DNA of 64,000 nucleotides from Sporopachydermia quercuum (taxonomy: Eukaryota), in the NCBI GenBank assembly GCA_001599295.1, contig BCGN01000003.1:1240001-1304000 (forward strand), given 5' to 3'. The position numbers and the translations under genes were made by a program. Positions 47,535 to 60,680 of this stretch are shown here, piece after piece (within the stretch, counting starts at the first letter, position 1; every line of letters starts with the position of its first letter). A model generated the notes under the pieces. It saw only the letters and a list, made by a program, of their open reading frames with translations, did not search any database and had not been told where the DNA came from.

Positions 47535-49780
47535 ATGTCAGGCTCCGATTCATTATTTGGTGCTGTTGACTCCGAACAGGACCCTTGGTCATTACCAAGT
47601 GCGAAGATCAAAAACGACACCTTGTCAAGGTTAAGTACTCATACTAGCAATTTAACAGGTTATAACGTTTCAACGATTTTGAATGAAATCGAGGTTCCTG
47701 GATCATATAAACAAGCATGGGATGATGCTGCCTCTGATCCAAGCAGTGCCACTGTGTCAACATCGGATTTAGAAAACGTTCTCTCGCGATTAAATCTATC
47801 AGAAGACACTTTGACCGCTATTGATGACATTTTATCCGAGCATGGAATCGGATTAGATGGGAGAGTTGATAGAGGCACTTGGTATAGTATTTTGGGCCTT
47901 GCTACAATTGCAAGAGACCTTAATCTTACTGGTGACGAGATCTCAATTGATATCCTTGAATCCAGGAAAAACAACCTACCTGCTTTGAAAATTGGGCCCA
48001 AGAAGCAAGAAGGCGTACGAGCGGTTGTAAGCAATAACCCCCCCACTGCTGGCGCAGCGAATCCATGGGGCGTTGGCCTTATCCAGTCTGACCCTTTGGC
48101 CGTTGGTGCTACAGTCGAAGAATCACAAGCTCAGCGTGAATGGGACGAAGCCGATGCAACTCATAATGCGGAAATCTCATCGGCTTTCAACCCTTTCAGT
48201 CGTGATTTGATTAAAGTTTCTGTTGTGCCTGAAAAATCAGGAATTATCTTTCGCCATGTTAACTATTTGATTGAAAGGATTGGGTTTACTGAAACAGATG
48301 ATCAACAGAAAGTGATAAGAAGATATAGCGATTTTTTATGGCTTCTTGAAAGTCTCCTTAAGAGATATCCTTTTAGAATGATCCCAGAATTACGTAAGTA
48401 TCATTCCTACATTGATTTTATCATACGCTATTATTTGCATATGTACATGTGTCTATTTATGCATTTAGAACTCTGTTACTAACATTACTTATCTCTATAG
48501 CACCAAAGAAATTTACAGGTTAGTATTTTGCTAAATGGTTTCTCTTCCAAAAAGTAGTTAAAATAAATATGCATTTGTGGCTGTGATTACCTGAAGTGAA
48601 ACCAAACACTTGCTTTTATTCGATTGGTAACCAAAATAGTTATTCTAACACAATGCATAGTAGGTGGTTCTATGGAATCTGTTTTTCTAGAAAGGCGACG
48701 TAAAGGATTATCACGGTTTCTAAACATTCTCACAAAGCATCCAATTCTGTCTAGGGAGACCATCGTTGAAGTGTTTTTAACAATCCCTACTGAGCTTGCA
48801 ACCTGGCGAAGACAGGCGACAATTGATTTAGCCGAGGAGTTTGCAGGAAGGAAAATATCGCGGTCTTTTATCGAAAGATGGAAAACAGAGGAGGAATCAA
48901 TGTGGGTGGAATGCTCAGAAAGAATCAAAGCTGCATCTGATTCATGGAAGTATGTACTTTATCGCTGAGGAGAGTTAGGATTAGATCAGGCATAAACATA
49001 AGCATATGTATATGCCTAATTATGTGAAGTAAATTTATTAGTATATGGTCAATCAGTTCAAGTGATTGAACCAATAGTATTCTACCTACATACTTCTATC
49101 CTATTCATCGTTCATGATTCACCTATTACTAACAATATTTCTTATCACACAGCCGTGTATGCATTCTTATTGAAAGAATAGCCAAAAGACAGGAGTCTAT
49201 CGCTCAGGACTATGGCAGATTCTCTCAAGCGTTACAGCTATTTACAGGAACAAGTCCCTATGTGCCTTGTCAGAAATTAGACGAAATTCAAACAGGAATA
49301 CATTCCGCGTCTTTACATATAGATAATGCCCAAACATTGCTTGCTGATGAAAGCAATGGTAATGATGCTGTACTCGAAGACTTCAGGACGTATTATGATT
49401 ATCTTGTATTATTGAAAAACTTGTTCGATCGCTATCTCGAAGATAGAAGCAATGATCCTGTGCCTAAGCTTGCGAGAAGAATTGAAGTCTATAAAGGAGA
49501 ATTGGATCGTTTAAGCAATAAACCTGATGTTAAAGGTAATGAATTAGAGAAACTAAAACAGTCCATTGCTAAAGATGAAAATGCTATTTACGAAAGTACC
49601 AATAGAGCATGGTTGATAAAAGAGTGCATCAGAACTGAATTCAGTTTATTCCAAACCACTTCTGGGCTTATAAGTAAAATTCTACAAGAATGGTCAGCCG
49701 ATAGGTCGAAATACGGTGAATTGGGCTCAGAGAATTGGAATAAGCTGGTGAATGAGATTCAAGATTTACCTATTCGATAG
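47535..49780 (+). CDS. MVP1: PX-BAR sorting nexin Mvp1/SNX8; exons 47535-48393, 48501-48518, 48661-48949, 49153-49780
   Basis: Three GT-AG introns with branch sites keep frame; PX motifs GIIFRHVNY, VIRRYSDFLWL, YPFRMIPELPPK, FLERRRKGLSRF; BAR end WLIKECIRTEF. Confidence 0.9.
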
Positions 49781-50514
49781 CTAATATAGGAGGGGACAGA
49801 AGAAGTGGTTTATTGAACAACGCGATGAGTGGAATAGTTATTTTGATTGGAGTTGGACCAAATAATGTGTAGGTTATAGTGAATCGGTACTCATTTATAG
49901 AGGACATGAATTTCTAATTTTTTGTTGTGAATAGGAGAGTTGGAGCGAGCTTTGAATGTTCAGCATGGTTTATAATAAAGCAGCAGCTGTAGAGGCTGTA
50001 TTGAGATAAGGAAGCACTAAGGAAAGAAAGAGAAAGAAAGATAGATAGATTAATATGCGTATAGATGAGTCTTCAGATATATGATACAACAATCATAATT
50101 AGATGATATGTGTGTGAGTTTATCATCGACTACCAACCTAACAATCACGTAAGCTATGGATAGAATGGCAGACTTGTCTTCTGTTATGTCATTGATATAT
50201 TTACATATAAAGTAGTGATAATACTTACTAGTATAATAATAGTATTACAACCTCCTATCATTATAGTGATACTTCTAATGATTAGAATAAAGGTACAGTT
50301 TGAAGTTTTCTTATTTCGTTGTCTTGTTGTATCACAATAACTGATAATTCCAACCTCTTGGATCATACATCAACTTACACTACTAGTAGTGCCCTCTTAT
50401 TCGTTTGTTGAAAATCACCTTCTATACCAGTTCTAAAATACAACCCCACTTCTCATTCACATTCTCCATAATCATTTCTACCTTTATTCAAATAATGTGG
50501 TATGCTATCTTTGC

Positions 50515-51794
50515 TTATGCTATTTTCTTATTGACATTGGTATACCCGATTCCCTTGATAAGCATCAACAATTCATCTTCTGAATCCTCTACCTCTCTCA
50601 ACACTATTTCTTGTCCCATTAATGTTCTCACATCCCTACATAACACAACAAAACTTTCATCAATAACCTTTGAACCAATTCTAAGTCTTCCAATGTCTTC
50701 TCGGCCTAAAATCATAAATACTGTTGCCAATGACAATTGAGAACCTCTACAAACACATCCATTGTAACTAACTTCCTGTAGTACATATTTTGCTATTGCC
50801 GTGCCTAGATCTTCTGGTACAGAACCCGGTTCACTCACTCCTTCAGCAGCATAACACCAGCCTTCTTTAGTTTCTGCAACAACAGTAATACCTGAGCCAG
50901 GACTCAAGCCCGATTCTTCTCCTCTGGCGACATCTGAGTAAATCATAGTATCACACCCAGTGGATTTCAAGACACTTCTCGCGGATTCTATCAGTCTATT
51001 TACAGTACTTGGCGATATTCTTGTCGAGTATGCAATACCTCTAACTCGATTGATTTTAGGTGTTTTCAATGCATGTAATGTTGTAGGTGTCGTGATGAGG
51101 TGGTCTAATTTGAAATGGACTTCTCCTCCTCCCAAAGGAGCCGACCCTCTTTTAACAATTCTCAGTTCCGGGCTTCTAATACCAAACTTCTCAATGACAG
51201 GGAACAGCGCCGTTCTTATATAATCGACTCCCAGATCTACTGAATTATTGGTCACACCATTAAGAACGATTGAAAAAGGTTTCTTGGAAAAAGGCGCTAG
51301 ATATAAAAGAGGCTCAATAAAATATCCTACGCTTCTTGTCTTAGGGCAATTGTGAGTATGAGAACCTCCAGTGATAAGTCCTGGTCGATAGATCACTGAT
51401 GAACCCGTATAGGAGATTTCTATCACGGCACCATTTGTCACAGCCTCTAGAAGTCTGAGAAACGACACTTCATAATCTAGAGAGTAGATGTTAGTAAAGC
51501 AAGGATGCAATGAATGATCTCACTGTTGTTGTAGAATAATCACATAATGTCTATCAGCTACATTTGTGTGTAGCCATGTATTCAGATATATATGGTTCAT
51601 GCAAAATACTTCTTTCAGCGACAGCTACCAATTCCCCTCAATCTCACCACATTTCCAAACAACCACTTACCTCTCAAACCAGGTTCTATATCGTCCGCTC
51701 TTATTCCTTCTATCTTAATGGGGTTACCAGATAATGTAGCCAATATAAGTCTCAGACGGAAGTTCTGATGAGTTTTGAACTTCAAAATAGCCAT
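50515..51794 (-). CDS. RCL1: RNA 3'-phosphate cyclase-like 18S processing factor; exons 51794-51671 and 51476-50515
   Basis: NFRLRLILATLSG...PGLR|DYEVSFLRLLEAVTNG via intron 51670-51477; GIGYTNVNKKIA C-terminus. Confidence 0.95.
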
Positions 51795-52491
51795 GTTAAT
51801 TACGTACTGCGACCGACGTTCCAATATGACTTTTCTTTATATCTACCTCCTGCTTTTCTTCTATTAGCCAATCTCCTCTACCAGTGAATCATTGTAATTC
51901 TTCTGCTAACTATTCTATCTACTCATGTATATAATCAGTAAAACTGCTATCTACATTTCACGATATCCTATATATGTTCCCTAACTAAATAAATTTTTTT
52001 AATTGTGGTTCAAACTTTAAATGCTATAAAAAGCGGAAACCCAAAAGTCTGGATCATTTCCGAACGTTATTTCTCAATTTTACAAAAACCTAACTCGGAA
52101 ATTACACCTGTACACCCTTACACCAGATTTACCAGAATGCGTGAATGCATGTAGATATATATTATGAGAAGATATGTGATCGGTATTGGAATGTGTGAAG
52201 GGAAAATGTGCCAGGTTTTTGAGAACTTGAAAGGAAGGAATAAACGGCAGTTTACGAGTGAGTTTGGTTGTTATATTGAGCTGTGTTATTAGGTAGTTTT
52301 AAATAGTACTTTTAGTAGGATGAACTGATGATGGTGGGTTTGAATTGTTAAAAAATTTCAGCAGGCAACAGAGCAAGAGAAAAAGAGAGAAAGGCGGAAC
52401 AAAGATACTGAATTCATAGGGACAATTGCATTTGCAGCTGAAAAGGAACACAGTGTGGAAAAACAAGAGAAGAAGAGAAAGCGTCTACAAA

Positions 52492-53430
52492 ATGGTTGAT
52501 AATTCGGGAGTCAAACGAACAGGATCTCAGATAGAACTTGCAGGAGGTGTGAAACGACAGAAAATAGGTGCTACTGGAGCTCGAACGGGGACTTCTACGC
52601 CAGACGTTGGTGGCGGAGGTACAACCGATGGAACAGCAAATAAAGGAGGTGGAGCTTCTCCACCAGCAGATCCAGAAAAGCTCACTGACGCTTTGTTAGC
52701 AGCAGGTGTTAATTTGAAAGAAGAAGAACAATTGCTTTCTTCTTCAATTAATAATCTAGACGATCTAAAAGGAGATCCTAAATTTAGAAAGAAAGCAGCA
52801 ATTAAAAAGTCAGAAGATGAAGAAACGATAGTTATGCCATTTTTAGATCCAAGAGTGCTATTACCATTTGTAAACAGAATTATAGAAAGACATGGAATGA
52901 AGAAAATACAGAAGCAGAATCCAGAGTTACTTTTGCTCATATCTGTATGTTGTGAAAGTTGGTTTAAAGGAGTTGTAGATGGGACCTTGACGTTAGCAAA
53001 TCACAGACGGCGAACAAGAGGACCTATTCCGTCTTCACAGAGAAGTGAGACTTCTAAGGCACTGAAAGCATTGGCACTTAAAGAAAAAGAAGATGAAGAG
53101 AAAAGAGTCCAAAGACGAATTGCTCTTGGAATTGATTCTACAGTACTAGGTGTCAATCGTACAGGGCTTGAAGATACATTACATAGAGCCACAAATGAGA
53201 CAGCTGCAATGATGACGTCTGCAAGAAAATACTCTTGGATGACATCTAGCAATACGCCAACGAAAAAAGTATCAGGATTAATTGCACCCAGAGGTGATAA
53301 CGGTACAAGATTTAGGGAGCCTAAGGAGGAGAAATCTGTTACTATGCGTGATCTGTTAGGGGTACTTGAGACCAAGCGGTTTGGTACTGAACGGGCTGTT
53401 ATTAAAGGCTATGCAAAGTTAAGAGATTGA
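52492..53430 (+). CDS. TAF4: TFIID subunit Taf4
   Basis: ATG at 52492; DALLAAGVNLKEEE, HRATNETAAMM..RKYSWM, RGDNGTRFRE, VTMRDLLGVLE, KGYAKLRD. Confidence 0.92.
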   Translation: MVDNSGVKRTGSQIELAGGVKRQKIGATGARTGTSTPDVGGGGTTDGTANKGGGASPPADPEKLTDALLAAGVNLKEEEQLLSSSINNLDDLKGDPKFRKKAAIKKSEDEETIVMPFLDPRVLLPFVNRIIERHGMKKIQKQNPELLLLISVCCESWFKGVVDGTLTLANHRRRTRGPIPSSQRSETSKALKALALKEKEDEEKRVQRRIALGIDSTVLGVNRTGLEDTLHRATNETAAMMTSARKYSWMTSSNTPTKKVSGLIAPRGDNGTRFREPKEEKSVTMRDLLGVLETKRFGTERAVIKGYAKLRD

Positions 53431-54225
53431 ATGCTTGATTTTGATTAGACTATGAATGAGTTGTGTATATTAGACGTTTATCTATTTGATAATTGAATTA
53501 ATGACTGTTAAAAAGCTACATTGGCATGGGTCACGATGTTCCCCCGACTGTAGGAATGGTATAAAGGGGTTAATGGCATGTAAACCTTGATATGATTTAT
53601 TCCCATATGTTTTTATATTTATTTCATCACCAGTCAAGTAACATACATGACTTAAGTTATACATCTCATTTCTTTTGCTGCTCTCTTTCTATACCAAGTG
53701 ATCTACATACAACCCCCCTATTAAAGAGTTATAACATCTGTCCCATTCCGAGAACTAATTTCTATTAGAGTTTATAATTGTATGCATGATGTTGATTCAT
53801 TGCATAAATATGAATATGCACATGCACACTTTTCTCCTTTTTGGTATCTTACTTTCCTATTCAGTGCAAGTGTAAATACAGAATCACATCTTCCTAATGT
53901 TCTATTGTTCTAGCTTACTCTCTTCTTTTTTATGTCTTTGCTTTCGAAAGTTTTACCATTTCTAGTTTGTTGCTGATTAAATCAATGAATTCTCTGCAAG
54001 CAGATAGTATCAACAAGTTCAAATAGCTGAAGATTGCTTACAGAATTGCGAGGACAGCCTTTCAATAGATTCAAGAACCATAGCGTACTCATCTATTTAC
54101 AGCAAAAAATCTACTACAAATCGTACTTACCTATCTACCACTCAAGGTTTACCTATCGTTATCATTGAAAGTAACAGTAATACTACTACTAGTAGAATCC
54201 ATAATATACTACGAGAGCCCGAAAT

Positions 54226-57200
54226 ATGGATTTCAACCTTGCAGAGAAACTATCGCAATTCCAGGCAGAGAGTCTGGATTCTTCTTCACCAAGCGATCCC
54301 GAACATATCCTTAACCATGTGACAGAAAACATAGCAATATCGCCTGAGGGAATTGCAAACGATGATACGTACGATTTGCTTGAAAATTTAGTGTTAGGAC
54401 TAAAAGAACACCCTCCAAAACTACAAGGCCAAATTTCCTATCTGATATCATCAGGACTCAAACTTCAGAAAGAATCATGTGCTTCTGTATTAGACTCAGC
54501 ATCTATTGAATCTATTTCCGAGGTGAAAGTATATCTCGAAGCATATGCTTTCTTAGCTCATATCCTACTCATCAAACTAGCAGGCTTATACGAAGATCAG
54601 ACAAAAGAAATGAGTGCGAAAAACTCAAAGAAAACTACTGTTATTATGAAAAGCGTTGGAAAACTATTAGAAAACACTATGGAATGTATCTGCGAAGTAT
54701 TGAAGCTTCATTTGTCGAAAATGTTTGTCACCACGCCTGAGAGAGATACATTTATTGGTCTGTTTACCAAACCAATGTATTTGCTCATGGAAAATGAAGT
54801 ACTTATTCGAAGCACCAGTATCAAAATCTTTATATTCAAAGTGTTAGCTATGGCAGTTAAATTCCATGGACATACCTCTGCTGCCTTGATTTCTTTGACT
54901 CAAGGTCTTACATATTTTACCCATTTATCTAATGTCATTGCTGAATTTCTAGAAATCGTTTGCTCTCAATTCGATTATACACAATTAGCTGAAGAGCTAT
55001 TAAGAGAAGTAAGCAATAAAACATATAATGCAAATGATAACAATGGACCTAAATCAGTTGCAACATTTATCATCAAATTGTCAGAATTAGTTCCCAGAGT
55101 TGTATTAAAGCAAATGACTTTATTAGCTCTACTATTAGATAACAATTCCTTCACCCTAAGATGCGCTGTGGTTGAATCCTGTGGCAATATAGTTATTGAA
55201 CTTTCGAAAGACGAAACCGAACTGGAAAGACATCAATCACAGGTTGAAGGTCTTATGGATTTATTAGAACAGAGATTCTTGGACCAGAATCCATTTGTTC
55301 GTTCAAGAGCTGTGCAAGCCTTCATAAGGCTGACTGGACTAGAAGTCAAGTTCACCAGAAGACGCCCTAGACTTACAGCTCTAGCCGTACAATCGCTAGA
55401 AGACAAATCCAGTGTTGTTAGAAAAAATGCCATCAAATTGCTTTCAAGACTTGTACTTAGTCATCCTTTTGGTTTGTTGCATGATACACAACTTAGTTTG
55501 AAAGAATGGCAAGTTCGTTTGGAAGATACTCAAGCAAAGGTCGACGAATTGGAAGGCAATCATGAAGATACAGAAGCTGTGATTGAAAAACAAATATTGC
55601 TTGAAGAAACTGGCTATGAGGCGGATAGCTTAGAAGACGATGAAATGGATGGTTCTCATACGGAAGAAGACGAAGAAAACGACAATGATAATGATAATGG
55701 AAAAGAAGGAAAATGTGAGGTGGATCCTAACGTTTCATCTCCTCCTACTAGTACCTCTTCTGACGCTAATGTCAACGAAATCTACAAGCTAAAGCTAACA
55801 CTTCAATACTATAAAGAAGCAGTTGAGTTTATCAATTCGGTACATAAAGGAGCTGAAATTATCATGACACTTTTATTCTCTAAATACAAGCCAGAAGTTG
55901 TTGAAGCAATGGATTTCTTTGTTCTTATTGATGCTTATAACTTAGACATTGCCTCTGAAGGAGTAAGGAAAATGCTTCATCTCGTATGGATCAAAGGATC
56001 CAACGATGAAGGAACAAATATTGCTGATCATCTTATTGAATGCTACAANGCACTGTTCCTTATCGCTCCTGATGAATTGGAATCAGAAATAGCTGAAGCC
56101 GCTTATATTGCTAAGAACTTAATTGGTTTAACATATGGTGCATCTATTGCTGAGTTAACATCTCTAGAAAGACTATTAACACTTATGAGAGAAAAAGAAC
56201 TTATCCCTGATAACGTGATTCATGTACTATGGCAGATTTATAACTTCCAGAAGAAAGAATTCTCGAAAACTCAAAGAAGAGGTTCCATTATCGTTCTAGG
56301 AATGATTGCTTTTGATGATTATAAAGTAGCCATTAAAGGCCATGAATCACTATTGAATATTGGTCTTGGTGAACGAGGTAGAAAAGACCTCCAACTAGCT
56401 AAATACAGTTGCATTGCTTTACAGCGTATTATCAATCCAGAATTAAAGAAAAGGCTGAATAATCCTGAAAATCCTAATAAGATTCCTAGTGAACAAGTAA
56501 CTATTCAAGCATTGACTGACTTCATTCTTATGTATCATGACAATCCTGAATGGTTCGGTGTTGCTGAGCAAGCTATCAACGCTGTTTATATCTTATCGTC
56601 CAATCCTAACTATGTGATGAGTGAATTGATCAAAGCAAAGGCCAAGTCGGTGTTTGCTCTTCCAGCTGTAGATACTAAATCTGCAGGTAAGACAATCAAC
56701 CAAACCATCAGTTTGGCCCAGTTACTATTTATCCTGGGTCACACAGCCATCAAAACTTTAGTCTATTTAGACCTATGTGAGAACGAGTTCAAGAAGAAGA
56801 AACTTTCATCAGAATCAACAGAAAACAATAATAACGGCAATTCTGATTCTACAAGGTCGCAGGAGGCTCAAAAGGAACTAGAAATGATTGGTGGTACGAC
56901 AGAAGACGATTTTGCTGATGCCGTTATGTTCATCAAAGAGAACGAAATCCTATACGGAGATCAGTCATTATTCTCTAGATTTGCACCATTGATTAAAACA
57001 ATATGTGAGAACTTCAGTAGCTATCCTAATGAGATTTTACAATGTTCAGCGTCATTATGTCTGGCTAAGTTCATGTGTGTTTCTTCAAAATATTGTGAAG
57101 AGAACTTACCCTTATTGATCAATATAATGGAATCATCAGATAATCCAGCAATCAGAAGTAATGCTGTTGTAGGATTAGGCGATATGGCGGTGTCATTCAA

Positions 57201-57702
57201 CAACCTCGTTGATGAGAACACCGATTTCTTATATCGTAGATTAACAGACAAGAATATCATGGTTCAAAGAACGTGTCTAATGACAGTTACGTTTTTAATC
57301 CTTGCTGGGCAAGTTAAGGTGAAAGGACAATTATCACATATGGCTAAATGCTTGGAAGATAAAGACCAAAGAATTAGCGATATGTGTAGGTTATTCTTCA
57401 CTGAGCTTGCTACTAAGGATAATGCGATTTATAATGGATTTATTGATATTTTCAGTGGATTGTCTAATGATTCTACGTTATCAAAAGACGGCTTGAAGCG
57501 TATTATGAGATTCTTGCTTTCTTTCATTGAGAAGGAGAAACACCAGAAGCAGCTGATGGATAAATTGATGGTTAGACTTGGTAGATGCGATACTGTAGAA
57601 CAATGGAATGATGTCGCCATGATGTTGACTGCATTGCCATGTAAGACTGAGCAGGTGATAGAGGTTGTAAATGAGGGATTCAAATTGGTAGCAGCTAAAT
57701 AA
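54226..57702 (+). CDS. YCS4: Condensin HEAT subunit Ycs4/Cnd1
   Basis: VRKNAIKL...HPF, ELEMIGGTTEDDFAD, LCLAKFMCVSS, RTCLMTVTFLILAGQVKVKGQL. Confidence 0.95.
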   Translation: MDFNLAEKLSQFQAESLDSSSPSDPEHILNHVTENIAISPEGIANDDTYDLLENLVLGLKEHPPKLQGQISYLISSGLKLQKESCASVLDSASIESISEVKVYLEAYAFLAHILLIKLAGLYEDQTKEMSAKNSKKTTVIMKSVGKLLENTMECICEVLKLHLSKMFVTTPERDTFIGLFTKPMYLLMENEVLIRSTSIKIFIFKVLAMAVKFHGHTSAALISLTQGLTYFTHLSNVIAEFLEIVCSQFDYTQLAEELLREVSNKTYNANDNNGPKSVATFIIKLSELVPRVVLKQMTLLALLLDNNSFTLRCAVVESCGNIVIELSKDETELERHQSQVEGLMDLLEQRFLDQNPFVRSRAVQAFIRLTGLEVKFTRRRPRLTALAVQSLEDKSSVVRKNAIKLLSRLVLSHPFGLLHDTQLSLKEWQVRLEDTQAKVDELEGNHEDTEAVIEKQILLEETGYEADSLEDDEMDGSHTEEDEENDNDNDNGKEGKCEVDPNVSSPPTSTSSDANVNEIYKLKLTLQYYKEAVEFINSVHKGAEIIMTLLFSKYKPEVVEAMDFFVLIDAYNLDIASEGVRKMLHLVWIKGSNDEGTNIADHLIECYXALFLIAPDELESEIAEAAYIAKNLIGLTYGASIAELTSLERLLTLMREKELIPDNVIHVLWQIYNFQKKEFSKTQRRGSIIVLGMIAFDDYKVAIKGHESLLNIGLGERGRKDLQLAKYSCIALQRIINPELKKRLNNPENPNKIPSEQVTIQALTDFILMYHDNPEWFGVAEQAINAVYILSSNPNYVMSELIKAKAKSVFALPAVDTKSAGKTINQTISLAQLLFILGHTAIKTLVYLDLCENEFKKKKLSSESTENNNNGNSDSTRSQEAQKELEMIGGTTEDDFADAVMFIKENEILYGDQSLFSRFAPLIKTICENFSSYPNEILQCSASLCLAKFMCVSSKYCEENLPLLINIMESSDNPAIRSNAVVGLGDMAVSFNNLVDENTDFLYRRLTDKNIMVQRTCLMTVTFLILAGQVKVKGQLSHMAKCLEDKDQRISDMCRLFFTELATKDNAIYNGFIDIFSGLSNDSTLSKDGLKRIMRFLLSFIEKEKHQKQLMDKLMVRLGRCDTVEQWNDVAMMLTALPCKTEQVIEVVNEGFKLVAAK

Positions 57703-58056
57703 TGCAATAAACTGCTGATGGGCAAATTTGTATTTTTAATCTATAGTATATGATAGTACGATATGTAGTATAATAGTAATAGTTTTAATATCTACATAAA
57801 ACAGTAATAGTAGTAGTAATGTATCATATAACACTATGTAAACATTATTTTAAATTCGAATTTATGCTGTTCATTGCTTTTCATTAACTCACATTACTAA
57901 CAAACTTCATCTCGATCTCTTACTCATATATATATAAAAAGACAGAATCTCCAATCAAATCCATTAAAATTAAGATATTACTCTCCGCATCGTCTCTCCT
58001 CCTTTCAGGTCCTCACTGCTCTTACTCCTCTTTAAGATTGCCATATCCACTTGCTA

Positions 58057-59434
58057 CTACTGAAACATCTTCTTCTGAATTTCAAATCGATCATTAAATG
58101 GACATACAACGTCAAACTGTCGAGAATGTACCTCGCTTGATTCTAAATGAGATTTGACAATGTCTGCCAAAGACTCAATGAATTCTGCATCGCCATTCAT
58201 AGATTCTGCTCTCATAATCTTCTCTGGTTTCTTAGCCGTCTTAATCAGTTCAATGTCAATCTCATGCAATGTTTCAATATGATCCGATGTAAATGCAATA
58301 GGTACAATGATTAAATCATCATCGCATTTCTTTTGATAGTTATCAACAACCTTTTGAGTTTGAGGACCTAACCATGGCTTAGGACCAACCTGAGATTGCC
58401 AACACAACATGTATCGATTAGAGAACTCCAGTTCCTGCATAACGGCATATGCAGTAGCTGCAACTTCACCTGAATACGCGTCACCTAAATTAACGATCTC
58501 CATAGGTAGAGAATGAGCAGAGAAAAGGATCACTGCATTCTTTCTGGCTATAGGATCAGCAATTGTATCAAGCTTTTCCTGAATATGTTTCGCTACTACT
58601 TTGACAAATCCTTTGTGAGTAGGCCATCTGTCAATGAAACTCCATGAAATAGTTCTGTCAGGGTCGATTTCAGTACTTCGTTTATACAGCTCGTTAAAAC
58701 TGCTTCCAGAAGTTGACCAGCTGTATTGAGGATACTGAGAAAATGCAACAGCTCTTGTTATACCGTCAGATTTCATTTTAGCTAGAGTATCCTCAGTCAA
58801 AGGTTTAGCATATCGGAATGCAACATAAGGCTTATGAGGAGCTGTTGATGGATTTATTTTATCTAGTATCTTACAAGTTTCTTCTACTTGGTATTCTGAC
58901 CATTTTCTGATTGGACTGCCTCCGCCAATAGCTTGGTAGTACTTTTCAATCTTAGGTGTTCTCACAGTGGTGATGAATTTAGCAATTAGGTTTTGAAATC
59001 TACCGAATGGAATCAAATCTCCATCGCTCTTTGTTTGTTAGATGACATTGTAATCAAATCGCTGAAATGACTAATATACTGGTACTAAAATAGCAGATAG
59101 TATCCAATTCTAAAAGCGAATATTTTACTTACAAATAGTCTGAATAGAAAATCTCTAGTTTCCGCAACAGTTGATGGACCTCCCATGTTCATGAATACAA
59201 TTCCCTGTAATCGGTAGTAGTTAGTATCGTCTGGTATTCTGAGCGAGCGAGTGGATTAGCGCTGTTTGCGGGATTCCAATCTTCATATCTATTATCGTTA
59301 CTTACTGTTCCTTTAGATGAGTCCATACATCTCTGATATCTGCTGAAGCATCTAATGAACTGAGCTGACTTCGAGACTGAGCTAGAAACTCCGAATTGTC
59401 TCATTATAATCACTGGTCTCNTAGTGAAATTCAT
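58057..59434 (-). CDS. HEM15: Ferrochelatase; exons 59434-59306, 59204-59133, 59028-58057
   Basis: Introns 59305-59205 and 59132-59029 give KGT|GIVFMNMGGP...FRLF|SDGDLIP; GGGSPI, FSAHSLP, QSQVGP, FTSDHIETLHEID. Confidence 0.95.
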
Positions 59435-60680
59435 GTAATATGTTTCTTTTCAAGTCTATCAAATACGTTCAACAGTTTCTGCTATTACCTGCTGTTATTA
59501 CTGCTAGGATAAAGTCTAGTAGAACAATTGGCAAGTACACTACTACGGGAATGTCCCAGAAACTCCTGTGCTGATTCAAACTTGTCAATTGGAACGTAAA
59601 CGCTTGATTTCCAGTCTCTTGATCTCACTTCTCTATCAATCCTGTCTATTCTCTAAGTTGCTGTTCTATCTATTCGCAATTATACTGTCCAGTTCAATCA
59701 CCAAAAGTTCCATCGCCATGCACTCACCACCTTTCACAACCAGAAAACTATCAATCAAACAATCATACAACCGCTTTCTTCCGGCAATTGGTTCCTCAAT
59801 TTTAATCCGAGTTTCCTTGTCCTTCTTTCCTTTTCTCCAGTTGTTGTTTATCACTGCCTTTCCGAGAACGCAAGCTTATCTCCGGTGTTTGACACAGTGA
59901 ATTAATAATGGTTTTTTTTCTTCTTTAACAAAAACTGGTCTTGAGTAAGGTTTTAAAGTTGGCTCGGTTGCCGAATTAGATAGAATTTAATGATGTAATC
60001 AGTTAACGGCAATTGTTACTGGTTGCTTTTCGCTGGACAGGATGAAGGAATATTTGAAGCTAATCATAGAGATCTGAGGATATGGTAAAAGCGAATTGAC
60101 TTTCTTGGCGTTGAATTGAATGAACTTTCAAGTTTATTCTTCTTCTTTTGATTGGTATCCGAAAAATAAATGAAATTGTAGGTTGGATAGATGAGAGATA
60201 GATTTTGCGCAAAACTTTCCGTTATTTGGTTATTATTTCCGGATCTACTCAGATGTTTAATTGATGACGTAATNTATATTTTATCAGAAAATATATTGAT
60301 TATATAATCAAATATTTTTATGAGCGCTTAGTGCGCAAGGTGAAATATTATTGATTGTGCATAGAATTCGAAAGGAGGAGAAAGGAATTGATCTAAGACA
60401 CCACTAACAGAAGTAAACAACAGAAAGCTCAGCAGGAATTAAAGTATTGTAAATAGTGAGTTTATAATCATCAGCACCTATATATTGCGGGATCTGAATT
60501 ATTGGTACTTCACATTGGTGTGAATGGTTCAGGATCTATGGTTTTATTCATAGGATGCTTTTCAGTCATTGGCGANCGACATCTTTGACTTCATTATTGA
60601 TCGTTGAGTTATTCAACGGATATTAAGCAACGAGTAGGATCAACATCCGTGTTCAATTATAGTTTCAGATTTCACTCAAA

